From Haliotis rufescens (taxonomy: Eukaryota): DNA of 64,000 nt. Both the position numbers and the translations under genes were made by a program. Positions 23,650 through 36,139 of this stretch are shown here, piece by piece (the first letter of the stretch is position 1; every line of letters begins with the position of its first letter). The notes below the pieces were generated by a model, which worked only from the letters and a program-made list of their open reading frames with translations, had not been told where the DNA came from and searched no databases. Where the stretch lies: NCBI RefSeq assembly GCF_023055435.1, contig NW_025964223.1:44144001-44208000 (forward strand). Reading direction: 5' to 3'.

Positions 23650-25531
23650 ATGAGACTGCTCGTGGTGTTCCTCCTGATGGCTTTGATTGTTTTCCCCACC
23701 GAGGGTCGTCGTCGTCGTCGCAGATGGCTCCGTATCAGAGGCAGAAAGATTCTTACTGGCCTTGCTGTTGCTAGCAAACTGGGACTGATAGGAAAGAGAG
23801 GCAAGACAATGCTGACAACCATCCGATCTTCAAGTTTTGTAGTGCCAAATTAACGATGATAACTATTAACATACATATAGTAACAGTCATTATATATGGT
23901 AGATTTGGCGTTTAATCCTAAAACACATACTCACTCATTCAGTTATCTACATCTAAAACAATGACGGAGAGTAATTATTCATTTCATTTCTTTTTAAATC
24001 AGGGCGCTCGTCATGACCTCGATGACCCGGGTTCGATTCCCGACATGGGTACAATGCGTTAAGCACATTTCTGGTGTTCCCTGCCATGCTATTGCTGGAA
24101 TATTGCTGAAAGCGGCGTAAAACCAAACTCACTCGCTCACTTTTTAAAAATCGTTTCAACAAGTTATATCACGCGAGTGTTGCTTCAAAGTTATGCCCAG
24201 TGGAGTACCCTTTTTTGACTTGTCCAACTTGTTACAGTGTTTGGTCAGGTTCACTTTGCACTCTAGTATAATTGCGACGGAAACGCTATAAACAACCATG
24301 TTGATCTTGTTCTATAATGTAGAGAACAATATCATATTGTAGAAAATAATAATGTCCCAAGACCTCAGGGACACAGATTAAAAGAGGTCAATAGCACGCA
24401 TTATATTTTGCTTATAATAAGAGGCGATTAAATGGGATCGGCCGTGAATTTCGATGTCTTGGTTGATTGCAAATATTGTAACCTGACGTTGAACATAATG
24501 CTAACCAGTGGTTAATCTTGCCTAGAGATTTATATTTACAGGCTGGCATTGAAAAATTGATATACAGTCAACTACGATTTTAACGAACACGCTTATAACG
24601 ATTTGACGGATAAAACGTACTGTTGTTTTTGTCCCGGGCATTTGCTGTATATATCATGTATATATGCTTATAACGAACTAAAATTAATGGTTCCTTTGCA
24701 TTCGTTATAACCGTAGTTTACTGTTTGGCTGACTGCAGCATAACACAACAAACAAACATACCATTGAATAACATACGTGTCTTGTTTGTCAATTAAAACA
24801 TCGTTTTTACAGCTAGGTATAATAATGAATTATTCTGTTGTGGAAGAACTGCCTTGTTTCTGTACTGATGAAGACATTAACGAACTCACGATTCATGTAA
24901 TCTTTCACGTATTTTCTAGATGTGCAAAATGAACTTACCTCTGCTGATCTGAATAAGGATGGGAACATTGACCAAACAGAAGCTGAGAATCTCTTCGATA
25001 AACGCGATGCGGAACAAATCCTTGAAATGCTTGACATAGATGGCAAGTACCGAAATAGCAGATGCATGCCTTGGGAATGTCTTTTTTATCTTTGTGCTTC
25101 ACGTCTGAACATAACATGTGAAAGAGTACAATGTACTTACCGTGACATAATGGGTGCTTCTTGTAACGCAGTTTATAAAAAAATCCCTGATCACCAGTGT
25201 ACCATGACTGTAAACGTTGCAGAGTCCTTGCAACTGAACTGTGTTGCTTCAATTCTCGTACATTATATATCTTGCAGTGTCTTGACTTTTTTTTATTGTA
25301 TACCTGCCAATTTGATTAAGCATTCCTTATTTCCTTTTTCTGTGTACAGGTGACTCAGTTGTAAATCATGATGAGTTCATCCGAGCAGTGGAAGACCTTT
25401 TCTCTCAGGGTGGGTGTTCTATTTTATCGAATATAATCATCATATGTCATGAATTTCTCAAATGATGATATGCGAACTACTTCTCTCTTTATCAAGGAAT
25501 GTTTTCGTTTTTTGTTTTAGATGCTGCATAG
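23650..25531 (+). CDS. Secreted cationic peptide / EF-hand precursor, copy 2 (spliced, 114 aa)
   Basis: Coding exons 23650-23800, 24920-25042, 25350-25409, 25521-25531; donors after the first two are GC (GCAAGA, GCAAGT). MRLLVVFLLMALIVFPTEG|RRRRRRWLRIRGRKILTGLAVASKLGLI|GKR|DVQNELTSADLNKDGNIDQTEAENLFDKRDAEQILEMLDIDGDSVVNHDEFIRAVEDLFSQDAA. AATAAA at 25593-25598. Confidence 0.82.
24565..24723. mobile_element. pogo/Tigger-like MITE in an intron of copy 2
   Basis: TA-CAGTCAACTACG...AACGAA and TTCGTTATAACCGTAGTTTACTG inverted ends; a right-end fragment also at 16805-16845. Confidence 0.6.
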
Positions 25532-26871
25532 ATACATTCGACACAAATCCAAGATGAAATAACATGTCAGTTTTTCTACACTGATGTTTGAAAATAAATC
25601 ATTGCTGAACAAACTCTTCAACAACTGTTATTTGTCATCTAACCTGACAGTCACAGTGCAATTAACCTTTTTGAAAAGACCAATATCATATTCAACTACC
25701 AGAATCTGTGTAAGATTCGTATATTTTGATTCCATGTGTTTCACGTAAATAAATACTACAAAACCCTTCCAATATCAAATGTTCATAGAAATAAAAGCGA
25801 CAAAACAATGTAGGCAAGGGCCAGGTCTCACTTGTAAATCAAGTGATCACAATAGGTGTTGGACTTGCGTTTGGAAAGAAAATCTTCTGTAAGGAGAAAC
25901 CCATTCGCAAACACCTGACAAGGAGGGTGCACCGTAAGAACATGAATTGTTGGTTTGAGATGACATACCTAGAAGCTCCCTTGTTAACCACAGAACACCA
26001 ACAGAAGGATTGTCGTTTTGTATCGCCCAGCACGGTCATCAGAGAGTTGGCTGAATCCGGTGAACTTGGAATCTTATTACATGCTGATGTCAGAACATGC
26101 ATGCAGAACATTTGATACTGGACATGTTCCTATGAGCATCTAGGAAAATGTTCGGGAGCCAAGGTGGCATTTTGATGTGTCAGAAATCTGTTATCGTAGG
26201 TTCGAGTCCCGGTTCATCCTGTTGGTTCATCAGCATGAGTTTGTCAGCATCATACGCATGCTCCTTGGCCATACATCACTTCGGGCCTTGCTCCCTCGTC
26301 AAGATGACTGATGCCGACATTCCTTGACATGACTGAGATACTGTTCAAAGCGGCGTTTAACCCACCTTATGAACTCGCAAACACTGGGCAAATGTTCCAT
26401 GTCATCGGTGGTCTGTAACCTCGATACTGATATGCACCTTAGAGGTACTCTGGAAATGTTCTAAGCCCATGCATTCTATATTCGCCGCTTATTTAAAACC
26501 ACATGGCATGTGTTACGAGGGAGCATAAGTCTGCAGAGAAACATATAAATATACCTTATTTTGTTCAATGTGTTTGCAAGATGGGCATCTATCGTGATAA
26601 AATAACATCGTATTTTTTATATTACATTTTACTAAAATGTCTGCAATCAGTGACTTTTATCACGAATAGCAATGTTTAAGGCGGTAGCAAATTACAATGT
26701 ATGTGAAAAGTACCATGAGTATACAGGAGGTGCATTTAAAAAGTATTTAGTGGATGGACAAATAAAAAGTGAACAGAAAAAGAAACGTCAAGTTTTAAAC
26801 AGTGATGGGGTCTGGTATATACTTTTGTTGGAAGTAAACAATGTAACGTCTTACTGAATCGTATCATTACA

Positions 26872-27606
26872 ATGAAACGCAAGTTGCAAATGGGATACGA
26901 CCAACATCATTCGCGCAAACGCAACGTCCGAAACGCTGGTGTGGGCTCGTTGCGAAAGGTTCTTGTAAACATGTTTAACACATGGTAGCTATGGTAATAA
27001 CGCCACAAAAAGTATCGACGGCCATAAAGTGGTCGGCCCACAGTCACCACACCTGGACAAGATGGTCATATCCGCAAGAACCTGCAGAATCGATTCACCA
27101 GTGCCACTGAAACAGCTTGGCAAACAATGGACATTCAGTCAGTGCCGACACAGTCCGACGTCGTCGAAGGACCAACGACGTCTTATGCCATCGTCCAGCT
27201 CAGGTCCGCATTCTTACAAACCTTAACCGACAGGAACGACTTTGATTGGCAACACAGCATAAACATTGGCGTCATCCGCAATGGAGGACCATCATCTACA
27301 ATGATGAGAGAGTCGATATTGCATCTCAACCTCGGATGGTAGAATCAGGGCAGGCGAAAGGGGGACGAACGGTACGCGAACGATTGTATAAGGGACAGTC
27401 CATGCAACATGTTTTAGGGAGGAATAGGATGAAACCAGCGAGTTGGACCTGTACGTGTGGTCTTTCAGAACGTTGGACAAGGCAGGGGTAATGGTGTCAT
27501 TGCTATCTGACAACTCCGGCCACGTTCTTGGGCCGTAGGTCCTGCCGTGTTACGTCCGTCACTAGAAATACGTATTCCAGCTGGACAACGCCCGTCCATA
27601 TACAGT
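26872..27606 (+). mobile_element. Decayed Tc1-like transposase relic
   Basis: Across frames: GRPTVTTPGQD, VSADTVRRR, WRTIIYNDE(SR), FQLDNARP. Confidence 0.7.
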
Positions 27607-27888
27607 GACTTCCAACAGTAGCACAACAGTAGCACAACATCTTCATCATTCGCTGTTTCCACACACGTATTCTAATATTTTAAACAAGATGTGTTGTTAC
27701 ATCACATAGGACTGACGTTTCGTTTGCTGTATGCATAGAGTATGTATAATATTAAATGTTGCAACGATACACCTTGAGAACATGAAGCTCCACTCCACTA
27801 TAACGATGTTATAATCCTCAACATCGATCCAATGGCTCGGGCATTGTAAACTTTTCAGTCCAATGTGCATGACGGGTTTTTTACGGAA

Positions 27889-28022
27889 CGTAGTAGGGCC
27901 ACGGTGAATTTTTGTGTGTCTAAGTATCTCCTACGTAGGAGATAGTAAGTCCTACGTAGAAGATACTAAGTCCTACGCAGGTGATACTTAGACAAAACAA
28001 TTTTCACCGTGGCCCCACTACG
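27889..28022. mobile_element. Palindromic MITE just left of the DIRS element
   Basis: CGTAGT.GGGCCACGGTGAA / TTCACCGTGGCCCCACTACG ends with internal CCTACGTAG repeats. Confidence 0.7.
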
Positions 28023-28410
28023 TAGTTTTGCAAACAAATTACAAGTTTTAGTCTGTTTTCAGTCGTACAAATGGGTATCTCTCATACCCTCACGTCTAGT
28101 CGCACGTTTAAGAGGAAGCCAGAAGCTGGAATGTAAACATTAAACTTGTTTCCGTCCGGTTGCGCACGCACCTCCCTATGACATGTAACAAATCTCTCAG
28201 CGCGCCTCTGTGCTGGACGCTCGAGAAAGTCTTTCGCGGTAGACTGCTAGTTTGTATTCTACTAGTGCTTATCGCTTATCTACAGTTGTTCTAATAAAGT
28301 AATAATAATAATATGTCTTACCTGTAGACTCCTGGAATGTAATCCTTGGTAATCCATTGTTGTGTTCAACGCGTGTTTCGCTGGTTGACAGTGATTCTAC
28401 ACGTGGCAAT

Positions 28411-30264
28411 ATGTCGGGCATTTGTGCCTCGTGTCAACGAAAACTGTCTAAAGTGGACCCTCACAAGTATTGTCCTTCCTGCATCATTAAGGACGGGTTT
28501 TCAACGTTTAAACGTTGTAAAGAATGTGAGAACTTGTCTTCAATAAACTTTAACTTGTATCTTCGTGCGTTGGCGAAGCGGGCCGCTGACAAGCGCTACA
28601 AGCAGAGAAGGACATCGGTTGGATCCTTGGACTCTGCACCCTCCACATCAGGCCCTGGGGGTGGCGGGTCGGCCACACCTAAGAAATCAGTTGATAAAGA
28701 CCCGCCTCAGTCAACTTCTGTTTTCGACAAGTCACGTGACCGTTCGCCTGCTGATGATACCACCCGCACGACCGATCTTCGTCAATCGGTTGATCGAGAG
28801 CGTCACTCAACCTCCCCTGTTACGACGGGACCGGGTGGTGACGAAGACCATGTGGGGACTACGGTCCCCAGTCGGTCCGTATCTCGTTCTTCCAACGACG
28901 ATAGGGACGTCGTGCGGGACGACAGTGGACACAGAAGTCGTTCCCGATTAAGTCGGTACGACAGGTCGAGTGCCTCGTCGAGAGACAGTACACGACACTA
29001 GGGCGTTCATCGCCATCGTGGTCGTCGTAGGTACGAGACGGACGATAACTACGATGGGGATCGTAGTACTTCTACTGTTAGAGATCGTAGCCCTCGTCCC
29101 CACGGGGACGTGCGACGTTCTCGCAGGGAGAGTTTGGGAGTTCAGCGTCGTAGTGAAGATAGTGACAGAACGACGACCTCGTCTCACTTTCATATCGACC
29201 CGGCTTTGATAGCCCAGATCACGGCGGCGGTCCTCGCCTCGACGGCGTCGACCAAGAAGGATACGACTACGTCGGGGGTCCATGGCCCGTCAACTAGTAC
29301 ACCAGCTCCTTCATCTACGCCTCCACAATCGACGTCGACGATGGATTGTAACGACAGCCCTCCTAGGCCTCCCAAAGACATTGAGTTGTTTGCTTGGCTA
29401 TCTAACTTTCTACCTGAGTTATCACAAGACGATGACAAACCGACGCGTGCGGGCTTTAAGGTCGGAGATACACCACAGACTCTTCAGTTTTCTCCTCCCG
29501 ATGTCTTCAGGGCCATGGCTCACGATATGGACCAGAACTTTGCCTCTGCTCTGCCTGGACAGAGCTTCTGCAAGCCGCCTGGTCGATCTCGTTACCCGAT
29601 CTATGGCATGCCGTTTTCGTCACCCATGACTAGGGATTTGGGTTGGGGGCTACTCTTCAAGAAACCAGCGCCCTCCAAAATTCTTGTAGAAGACAGGCAT
29701 TTGGAATCCATGGACTCTGCTGTTCGTCACCAGCTACAACCGCTTGCTATGACGTCGACAGCGATCGAGGCCCTCTCAGTGTACTTTGAGGAGAAAGAAC
29801 CCCAGGACGAGGACGGCAGGACGGTGCCATCGGTTCTCACCTGTATGCAAGGGTGGATCTCGGACGTCCTCGCCCAGTCCCGATATGTATCGGGCCAGAT
29901 TACTACGGCACGTCGCCATGGTTACATCGACTGCACTGACCTACCTGATCGTCATGGCAGGTCACTCCTACGGGCCCCGTGGTCATCGCAACAGTTGTTT
30001 GACGGTCGTACCAACGACGTTCTGGACAAGTACTCCAGGGAAGCCGAGCGTGACATCATCACTTCGGCTTCACACAACCTGTCCAGACGGCCACCGGTTT
30101 CGAACGCCCCACGACGACGTTACCGAAACGAGAATGTGCAACGGGCCTTCCGCAGGGACGTTCCTCGACAGCCGTCCCGCAAGAGAGATTCTGACAGGAA
30201 AGGTCGCCAGGTCTCCTTTTCCAAGTATCCCAGAGGTGGAAAGGGCCAGCGGGGGAGGAAGTGA
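28411..30264 (+). pseudogene. DIRS gag-like ORF1 with one in-frame stop
   Basis: N-terminal Cys/His cluster (CASC...DPHKYCPSC...CKEC), Ser/Arg-rich linker; track ORFs 28357-29001 and 29110-30264 are in the same frame, separated by TAG at 28999-29001. Confidence 0.85.
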
Positions 30265-32164
30265 GGTCCCTTCCCCCGCCGTCGCCGTGGTTGGAGTCCC
30301 CCCGGTGACTCTACCTTTAGACGAGCTACCGGTAGGGGGGAGACTTCATCACTATGCCCACAAGTGGGTTTTCCTCAACGACCCTTACGTTCAGAACATT
30401 TTGACAACAGGCTACGCCCCTCGCCTGAGATCGACGCCACCACTGACGTCATCCCCGACATTCCACATTCCACCAACGGATCGGCTGACGGAGGCCATCG
30501 ATTTGTTGGTGGAAAAGGCGGCCGTACTTCGCCACCATCGCCGGGGTACTACTCGCCCATCTTTCTAGTACCCAAGAAAAAACTCCACAAAGATGCGGCT
30601 TATTTTCAATCTCAAAAAGTTCAACGCAACATACCTCCAACAACCCGACACATTCACCATGATATCCCTCAGCTCTCTGCGTCGGATGATATTACCGAAC
30701 GACTTCCTCGTCTCGATAGACCTTCAGGACGCGTATCTACATGTACCAATAGCTTCCGAGTTCCAGAAGTACCTCCGATTCGAATACCAAGGTATTCATT
30801 ACCAGTGGGCGGCCCTCCCGTTTGGAATTTCTACGGCCCCGTGCATTTTCACACGGATCATGAAGACGGTCGTAGAATGGCTCCATCGGCAGGCGATCAG
30901 GGTCGCCTTCTACCTTGACGACGGGCTCCAAGCTCACCAATTCACAGAAGCCCTTCAAGAAGAGTTGGCGACCACCCTGAGTCTACTACGGTACCTCGGG
31001 TGGATCGTCAACTTTCAAAAGTCGGACTTGGTACCAACTCGGGATCTACAGTACATTGGGATACGCTTCCAGACGGGAGTCAATCTGGTCATGGTACCTC
31101 AAGACCGTTGGGACACGATTGTCAGCAGCGTTCGGAGACTTCTACATGCCCCGGCGTCGGTGCACACGTGGCAGGAAGTCCTCGGTCTGTTGACATCGGC
31201 CCAAGACCTGACTCGCCGAGGTCGTCTTCAACTTCGTCCGCTGGAGTTTCCCAATCTCCTGGTTCCACTTCCGGCGCAGCTACGTTGTCATCTGGAGTGG
31301 TGGCTCCAGCCGTCGAACGTTTGCGAAGGCGTCTTTATGAGCGAGCCTCCGTTCATACTACACCTATTCGTAGACGCGTCATTGGAAGGCTGGGGAGCGC
31401 ACTTCGGGGACGACCAAGCGGCCGGGCTGTGGTCGCCAGTAGAAAAGGTCCTCCACATCAACTGCCTCGAGATGGAAGCAGTGATTCGGGCGGTCGAGTT
31501 CTGGAAACTTCGACTCCGTCGGAAACGGCTGATGATACAGTCGGACAACTCCACAGTCGTCCACTGCGTCAACAAACAGGGAACGACTCGGTCGGCGGCC
31601 CTTCTGGACCGGACATTCAGGTTCTTCGCCCTCGTCGACGACTTGGACATGGGCGTACGCGCCTATCACATTCCGGGGGCCAAGAATGTGATAGCCGACG
31701 CCCTGTCGAGACCATCGAGGCCGTCTCCCACGGAGTGGATAACCATCCGACAGTCTTTCATCTGCTGACAGATCGACTCTGGTTGCCCCAAGTAGATCTC
31801 TTTGCAACCCGGTACAACAACCGCCTCCCTCGATTCGTGTCGCCGGTTCCAGACCCACGGGCATGGGACCACGACGCTCTAGCGATATCGTGGGAGGGTC
31901 TAGACGCTTACGCGTTTCCGCCAACGGTGCTGTTACCATCGATACTGGTGAAAGTTCGTCAAACGGCCAACCTACGTCTGCTTTTGGTCGCGCCTTATTG
32001 GCCGGCCCAGAAGGTGGTTCCCGGAACTTCTTCAGATAATCGATCAACCACCGTTCCCGTTGCCAGATCGAGACGACCTCCTTCTTCATCCTCACACCGA
32101 CGACTTGCATCCGGGGATAAAGAACTTCCAGCTTCACGCCTGGGTTTGCTTAAGACCTCGTTAA
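30265..32164 (+). pseudogene. DIRS reverse transcriptase / RNase H / Dam-like methyltransferase ORF, frameshifted
   Basis: Motifs VGGRL, YYSPIFLVPKK, IDLQDAYLHVP, LPFGISTAP, YLDD, FVDASLEGWGA, SDNSTVV, NVIADALSR, then DLFA...YAFPP...APYWP. Frame changes near 30525, 30580, 31740 and 32014. Start approximate. Confidence 0.9.
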
Positions 32165-33213
32165 TGAAGAAAGGCTATTCGGCTAAAGCGGCAGCGCTTG
32201 TCTCGTCGGCACATCGAGTTACGACTCGTAAGCTGTACGATGACAAGTGGACCACTTTCTCCATTTTCGCCAGGTCTCATGGCTTCAACCCGGCGGTAGC
32301 GACCCCACCACAGGTGGCGGAGTTCCTAGTCTCTCTCCGGTCATCTCGGCGTCTGAAAGGGTCGACGATCTCGACATATCTGGCAGCTTTGGCTTCGGTG
32401 GTGCTGTCTCCTACGGGCGACAAGCTCACTAAAGTACCGGAGTTGCAGAAGATCCTACGTGCCTTCATGGTTGAAGATCAGTCACGTAAATTCAGACCGC
32501 CGGCCTGGGACCTCGATGTCGTTCTGCGCAACCTGTCTAATCAGGCTTACGAGCCTCTCGATCAGGTCGCGTTCGACTTATTGTCTCAGAAAACGGCTTT
32601 CCTTCTCTCGCTGGCTACGGCTGCGAGAATTTCGGATATACATGCCATTGACGTCGGTCGGATTACGTTCGATCAGCGTAACCATGGCAACGTCCATCTT
32701 GGTCTCAGATGGGATTTTTTAGCGAAAAATCAACTTCCTGGCCAAGATCCGAGAATGTTCCACATTCCTTCCTTGTCTGCCATTATGGGCCCTCATGATC
32801 ACGCTGATCTCACCTTGTGCCCAGTTCGTGCGCTTCGTATTTACCTGCAGCGTTCTGAACAGCGACGACAACATTTTCGACGGCTGTTCATACCGCTCAC
32901 AACCAATGCAAAGAAAGTGATTACACGTAATACTCTCTCATTTTGGTTGAGAGCGGTAATTCTCAGAGCTTACGAGGCGCAAGGACTCGCACCTCCCACC
33001 TCCTCTCATCCGCACGAAGTTCGAGCCATCGCTTCAACCCTAGCACTCCACAGTAATTGTTCGCTACAAGCTATTATGGAGGGCAGCTTTTGGAGATCTA
33101 CTTCAGTGTTTGCTTCGCATTATCTTAGAGATATCTCCACAGAAGATGTTGAAGGACTCAAACAGTTTGGTCCACTCGTGGTGGCACAACAGATCTCTCA
33201 GAAAAGACAGTGA
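31000..33213 (+). CDS. DIRS tyrosine recombinase ORF (catalytic part about 32150-33213), overlapping the RT frame
   Basis: AARISDI (catalytic R), HPHEVRA (HxxR), FWRS..VFASHY (W, catalytic Y), LCPVRALRIYL, PPAWDL. True start uncertain. Confidence 0.88.
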   Translation: MDRQLSKVGLGTNSGSTVHWDTLPDGSQSGHGTSRPLGHDCQQRSETSTCPGVGAHVAGSPRSVDIGPRPDSPRSSSTSSAGVSQSPGSTSGAATLSSGVVAPAVERLRRRLYERASVHTTPIRRRVIGRLGSALRGRPSGRAVVASRKGPPHQLPRDGSSDSGGRVLETSTPSETADDTVGQLHSRPLRQQTGNDSVGGPSGPDIQVLRPRRRLGHGRTRLSHSGGQECDSRRPVETIEAVSHGVDNHPTVFHLLTDRLWLPQVDLFATRYNNRLPRFVSPVPDPRAWDHDALAISWEGLDAYAFPPTVLLPSILVKVRQTANLRLLLVAPYWPAQKVVPGTSSDNRSTTVPVARSRRPPSSSSHRRLASGDKELPASRLGLLKTSLMKKGYSAKAAALVSSAHRVTTRKLYDDKWTTFSIFARSHGFNPAVATPPQVAEFLVSLRSSRRLKGSTISTYLAALASVVLSPTGDKLTKVPELQKILRAFMVEDQSRKFRPPAWDLDVVLRNLSNQAYEPLDQVAFDLLSQKTAFLLSLATAARISDIHAIDVGRITFDQRNHGNVHLGLRWDFLAKNQLPGQDPRMFHIPSLSAIMGPHDHADLTLCPVRALRIYLQRSEQRRQHFRRLFIPLTTNAKKVITRNTLSFWLRAVILRAYEAQGLAPPTSSHPHEVRAIASTLALHSNCSLQAIMEGSFWRSTSVFASHYLRDISTEDVEGLKQFGPLVVAQQISQKRQ

Positions 33214-33397
33214 ATTTGTGTTTTATTCACTTTGGAGTTTTTGCTCGACACTTCGTGACATATAACAGGTTACAATAAAAGCTGTTGGTGAATGTACGCA
33301 TTCTTATGGTTTTATGTTGCGTGCAGTACTTCTGCTTTTTATTATGGTTATTCGGTGTATGCATCGTCTTCCCATACATTATAGTACTGCTCGTATT

Positions 33398-33817
33398 TTT
33401 TAGTTACTTTGTATACTGCGAGTTGCTCTGTAACTAAATTATGCGCCGACCACACTTCGATCCGGGTTCAACTGACGTGTGCAGTTGTACTGTCGCATCG
33501 ATAATTAGTTGTGTGTCGAAGAGCATTAACCATGCTATTTTAGTTACCTTGTCTACGGCGAGTTGTTCTGTAACTAAATTATACGCCGACCACACTTCGA
33601 TCGCAATTGAATTGACGTGTGCAGTTGTCCTGTCGCTTCGATACTTAGTTGTGAGTCGAAGAGCATTAAACATGCTGTTTTAGTTACCTTGTATACTGCG
33701 AGTTGCTCTGTAACTAAACTATTCGTCGACCACACTTCGATCGCAGTTCAACTGACGCGTGCAGTTGGCCTGTCGCATCGATAATTAGTTGTGTGTCGAA
33801 GAGCATTAACCATGCTG
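33398..33817. repeat. 3 x 140-bp tandem repeat in the DIRS 3' non-coding region
   Basis: TAGTTAC anchors at 33401, 33541, 33681; units similar throughout. Confidence 0.9.
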
Positions 33818-36139
33818 TGCGTTCGTGATAAAAAACTTGTCTCGTCCGTGCATCTGGTTGAATGTTCTATTGTCACTACAGGGGTGAGGAACTTGGTACA
33901 TTCGACGTGAAAGTGGTCACTGCCTGATTGCTTTCCCGACCCTCCTTCCAGTGTTCCGTCGAATTCTACCCATTTGTACGACTGAAAACAGACTAAAACA
34001 TGTTTTTTTCAGATTAAAAACGATGTTTTATTGGTCTGTTTTCAGTCGTACGTTCCCACCCAGCCATCCCCACAGGGAAGTAATCCAGTCCAGTCCTGCT
34101 TGATGGCTTATTCTTCGAGATTTGTGACATGTCATAGGGAGGTGCGTGCGCAACCGGACGGAAACAAGTTTAATGTTTACATTCCAGCTTCTGGCTTCCT
34201 CTTAAACGTGCGATTAGACGTGAGGGTATGAGAGATACCCATTTGTACGACTGAAAACAGACCAATAAAACATCGTTTTTAATCTGAAAAACCCATTTTT
34301 ATTCCCAGGCTACCGCGGGATAAAATATGGAGTCAGTATGTATATACATTTGAAAAAAAATGTCCACAACTCTCAAAAAAACGATGTGTTTAGTTACATT
34401 CCTCAAGACCAGGGTCATTCATATAGTCTTCGTAAGAGTGCCCTGAAATGCCTTCTCAATGTACGTCCTTTTATCTGACCTGGTCCGATCCTCCGTGTCA
34501 CAACCCTTTCCTAATTGAATGTAACTGGCATGTCCTAAGGTGGACTACGACTCTGTTTAGGACTACATATTTTGGGAAGCGACTCTGATGTACCATAATG
34601 TATCAACACAACAGTATACAAGTCAGAATAAGCAAGAGTAAGGCTTACAGATCGCTCACTCCAAACATGCTTTTAAATGGCACACTGGTTAGTTTGACAA
34701 TTCGGAATTAACCATGAAGCACTTCTTGATTTAATACAGTTGCTGAACCAACCTTTGCAATATTTTGTTTGGCGCAAATCAAGTCAATTTTATTTCCTTT
34801 TTGACATATGACGACCTCAATACTAGTTTTTATTGTCTTCGTGTTTCCACATTTTTGATAATCTTCATTAACAATACCATTCGGTTCTTGTTGGATTTGT
34901 CTGCTGACTGACATTAAGTTGATTGGTCAGCTGGTATGTTGTTTTACGCGACTTAGCAATATTCCAGCTATATGACGGGGGGTCTGTAAATAATCGAGTC
35001 TGGACCAGAAAATCCAGTGATTGATATCATGAGCATCGATCCACGCAATTGGGATACGATGACATGCATCAACCAAGTCAGCGAGCCTGCTCAATGAAAT
35101 GTCTAATGGTGGTCAGTAGAGGATATCTGCGCCATATTCACTTTTTATCATAGCGGTATATCAGGAAATCACACACCGCGTTAACAGTTTTGCATAACAT
35201 TATAAATGATGGCATTTAACTTTTTAACTTTTTAATTCCCTCATACGTCTAATATGCGGAGATATTCTTTTTATGGCGTCATGCAGTGCAACGAGGTTGC
35301 AATGCAAGGACGTCATAGTATAAAAAATATCACAGCGCAAATTATATTCACCATTTTATTCACCTATGACCAAAGCCATACATGTACGTATACACGACCT
35401 GTCGTGGTATGTGAATAAATTTCCTTAATTTTGATATTTTACGCTGGATCTTTGATGTTTTGTGTAATAGCCTCCTGACCTGACGCCGCCTTAAACACCA
35501 TTTCACTTACATGTACATGTGTAAGCTTAAATACTCAACGAAGTTCACAAAGAATAAGCTTCAGGGCTGGATAAAATAATATATTGTTTATTCACATAGT
35601 AAGTACATAATATCTTTCAATATATCCTTACGTAGCTAAAAGTTGGCATCAATGCCATTTGTTCAATATTTCTGATTAAACGTTTTTTGTCTATAATCCC
35701 GTAGCACTAAGCAATGTTTTTAAAGATGATATGAGAAAGGTATATATTATTATCACAGGATTATGCATAGATATCAAGCAAGGTTCCAAGCTCATCACTC
35801 CACCTTTTGTGTAGTGTATGGTGACGTGACAGAGGCTTTCGGCTCAGATTAGAACGCTGAACGAGTGTTCTCGAATAATATTTATCCGAGACATATAGTG
35901 TGCCATTGTGTCTCGTAGAGTCTCAATCCTTGGATATTTTATAGACGCCGTTAATATATATGACACTAAGGACGATTTGTGTCTGGATATCCAGCATGTT
36001 CATCGAACAAAAATAAACATTTGCCAGTATTTGCTGAAACAAATTAATTTCCGAACCTCCCTCCTGAATACCTGTAGAGGTGACATTAGGAGACGGTGTT
36101 GTTTAAGTAAGACTTATATAACTTAAGTAGCGCTTTGGC

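Larger units (their letters stand above)
28046..34299 (+). mobile_element. DIRS1-type tyrosine-recombinase retrotransposon, full structure, mutated
   Basis: Inverted terminal repeats 28046-28196 and 34117-~34299; internal complementary region 33967-34051 matching both outer ends; gag-like, RT/RNase H/methyltransferase-like and tyrosine recombinase ORFs; GC-richer than flanks. Confidence 0.95.

Noticed and set aside
25843-26115. 90 aa ORFs on both strands downstream of copy 2
   Set aside because: No motifs, splice support or paralogy; treated as chance ORFs, like most other short track ORFs, which overlap repeats.
31379-32137. 252 aa minus-strand ORF and other antisense ORFs in the DIRS element
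   Set aside because: Expected in GC-rich dual-frame sequence; no recognisable motif.
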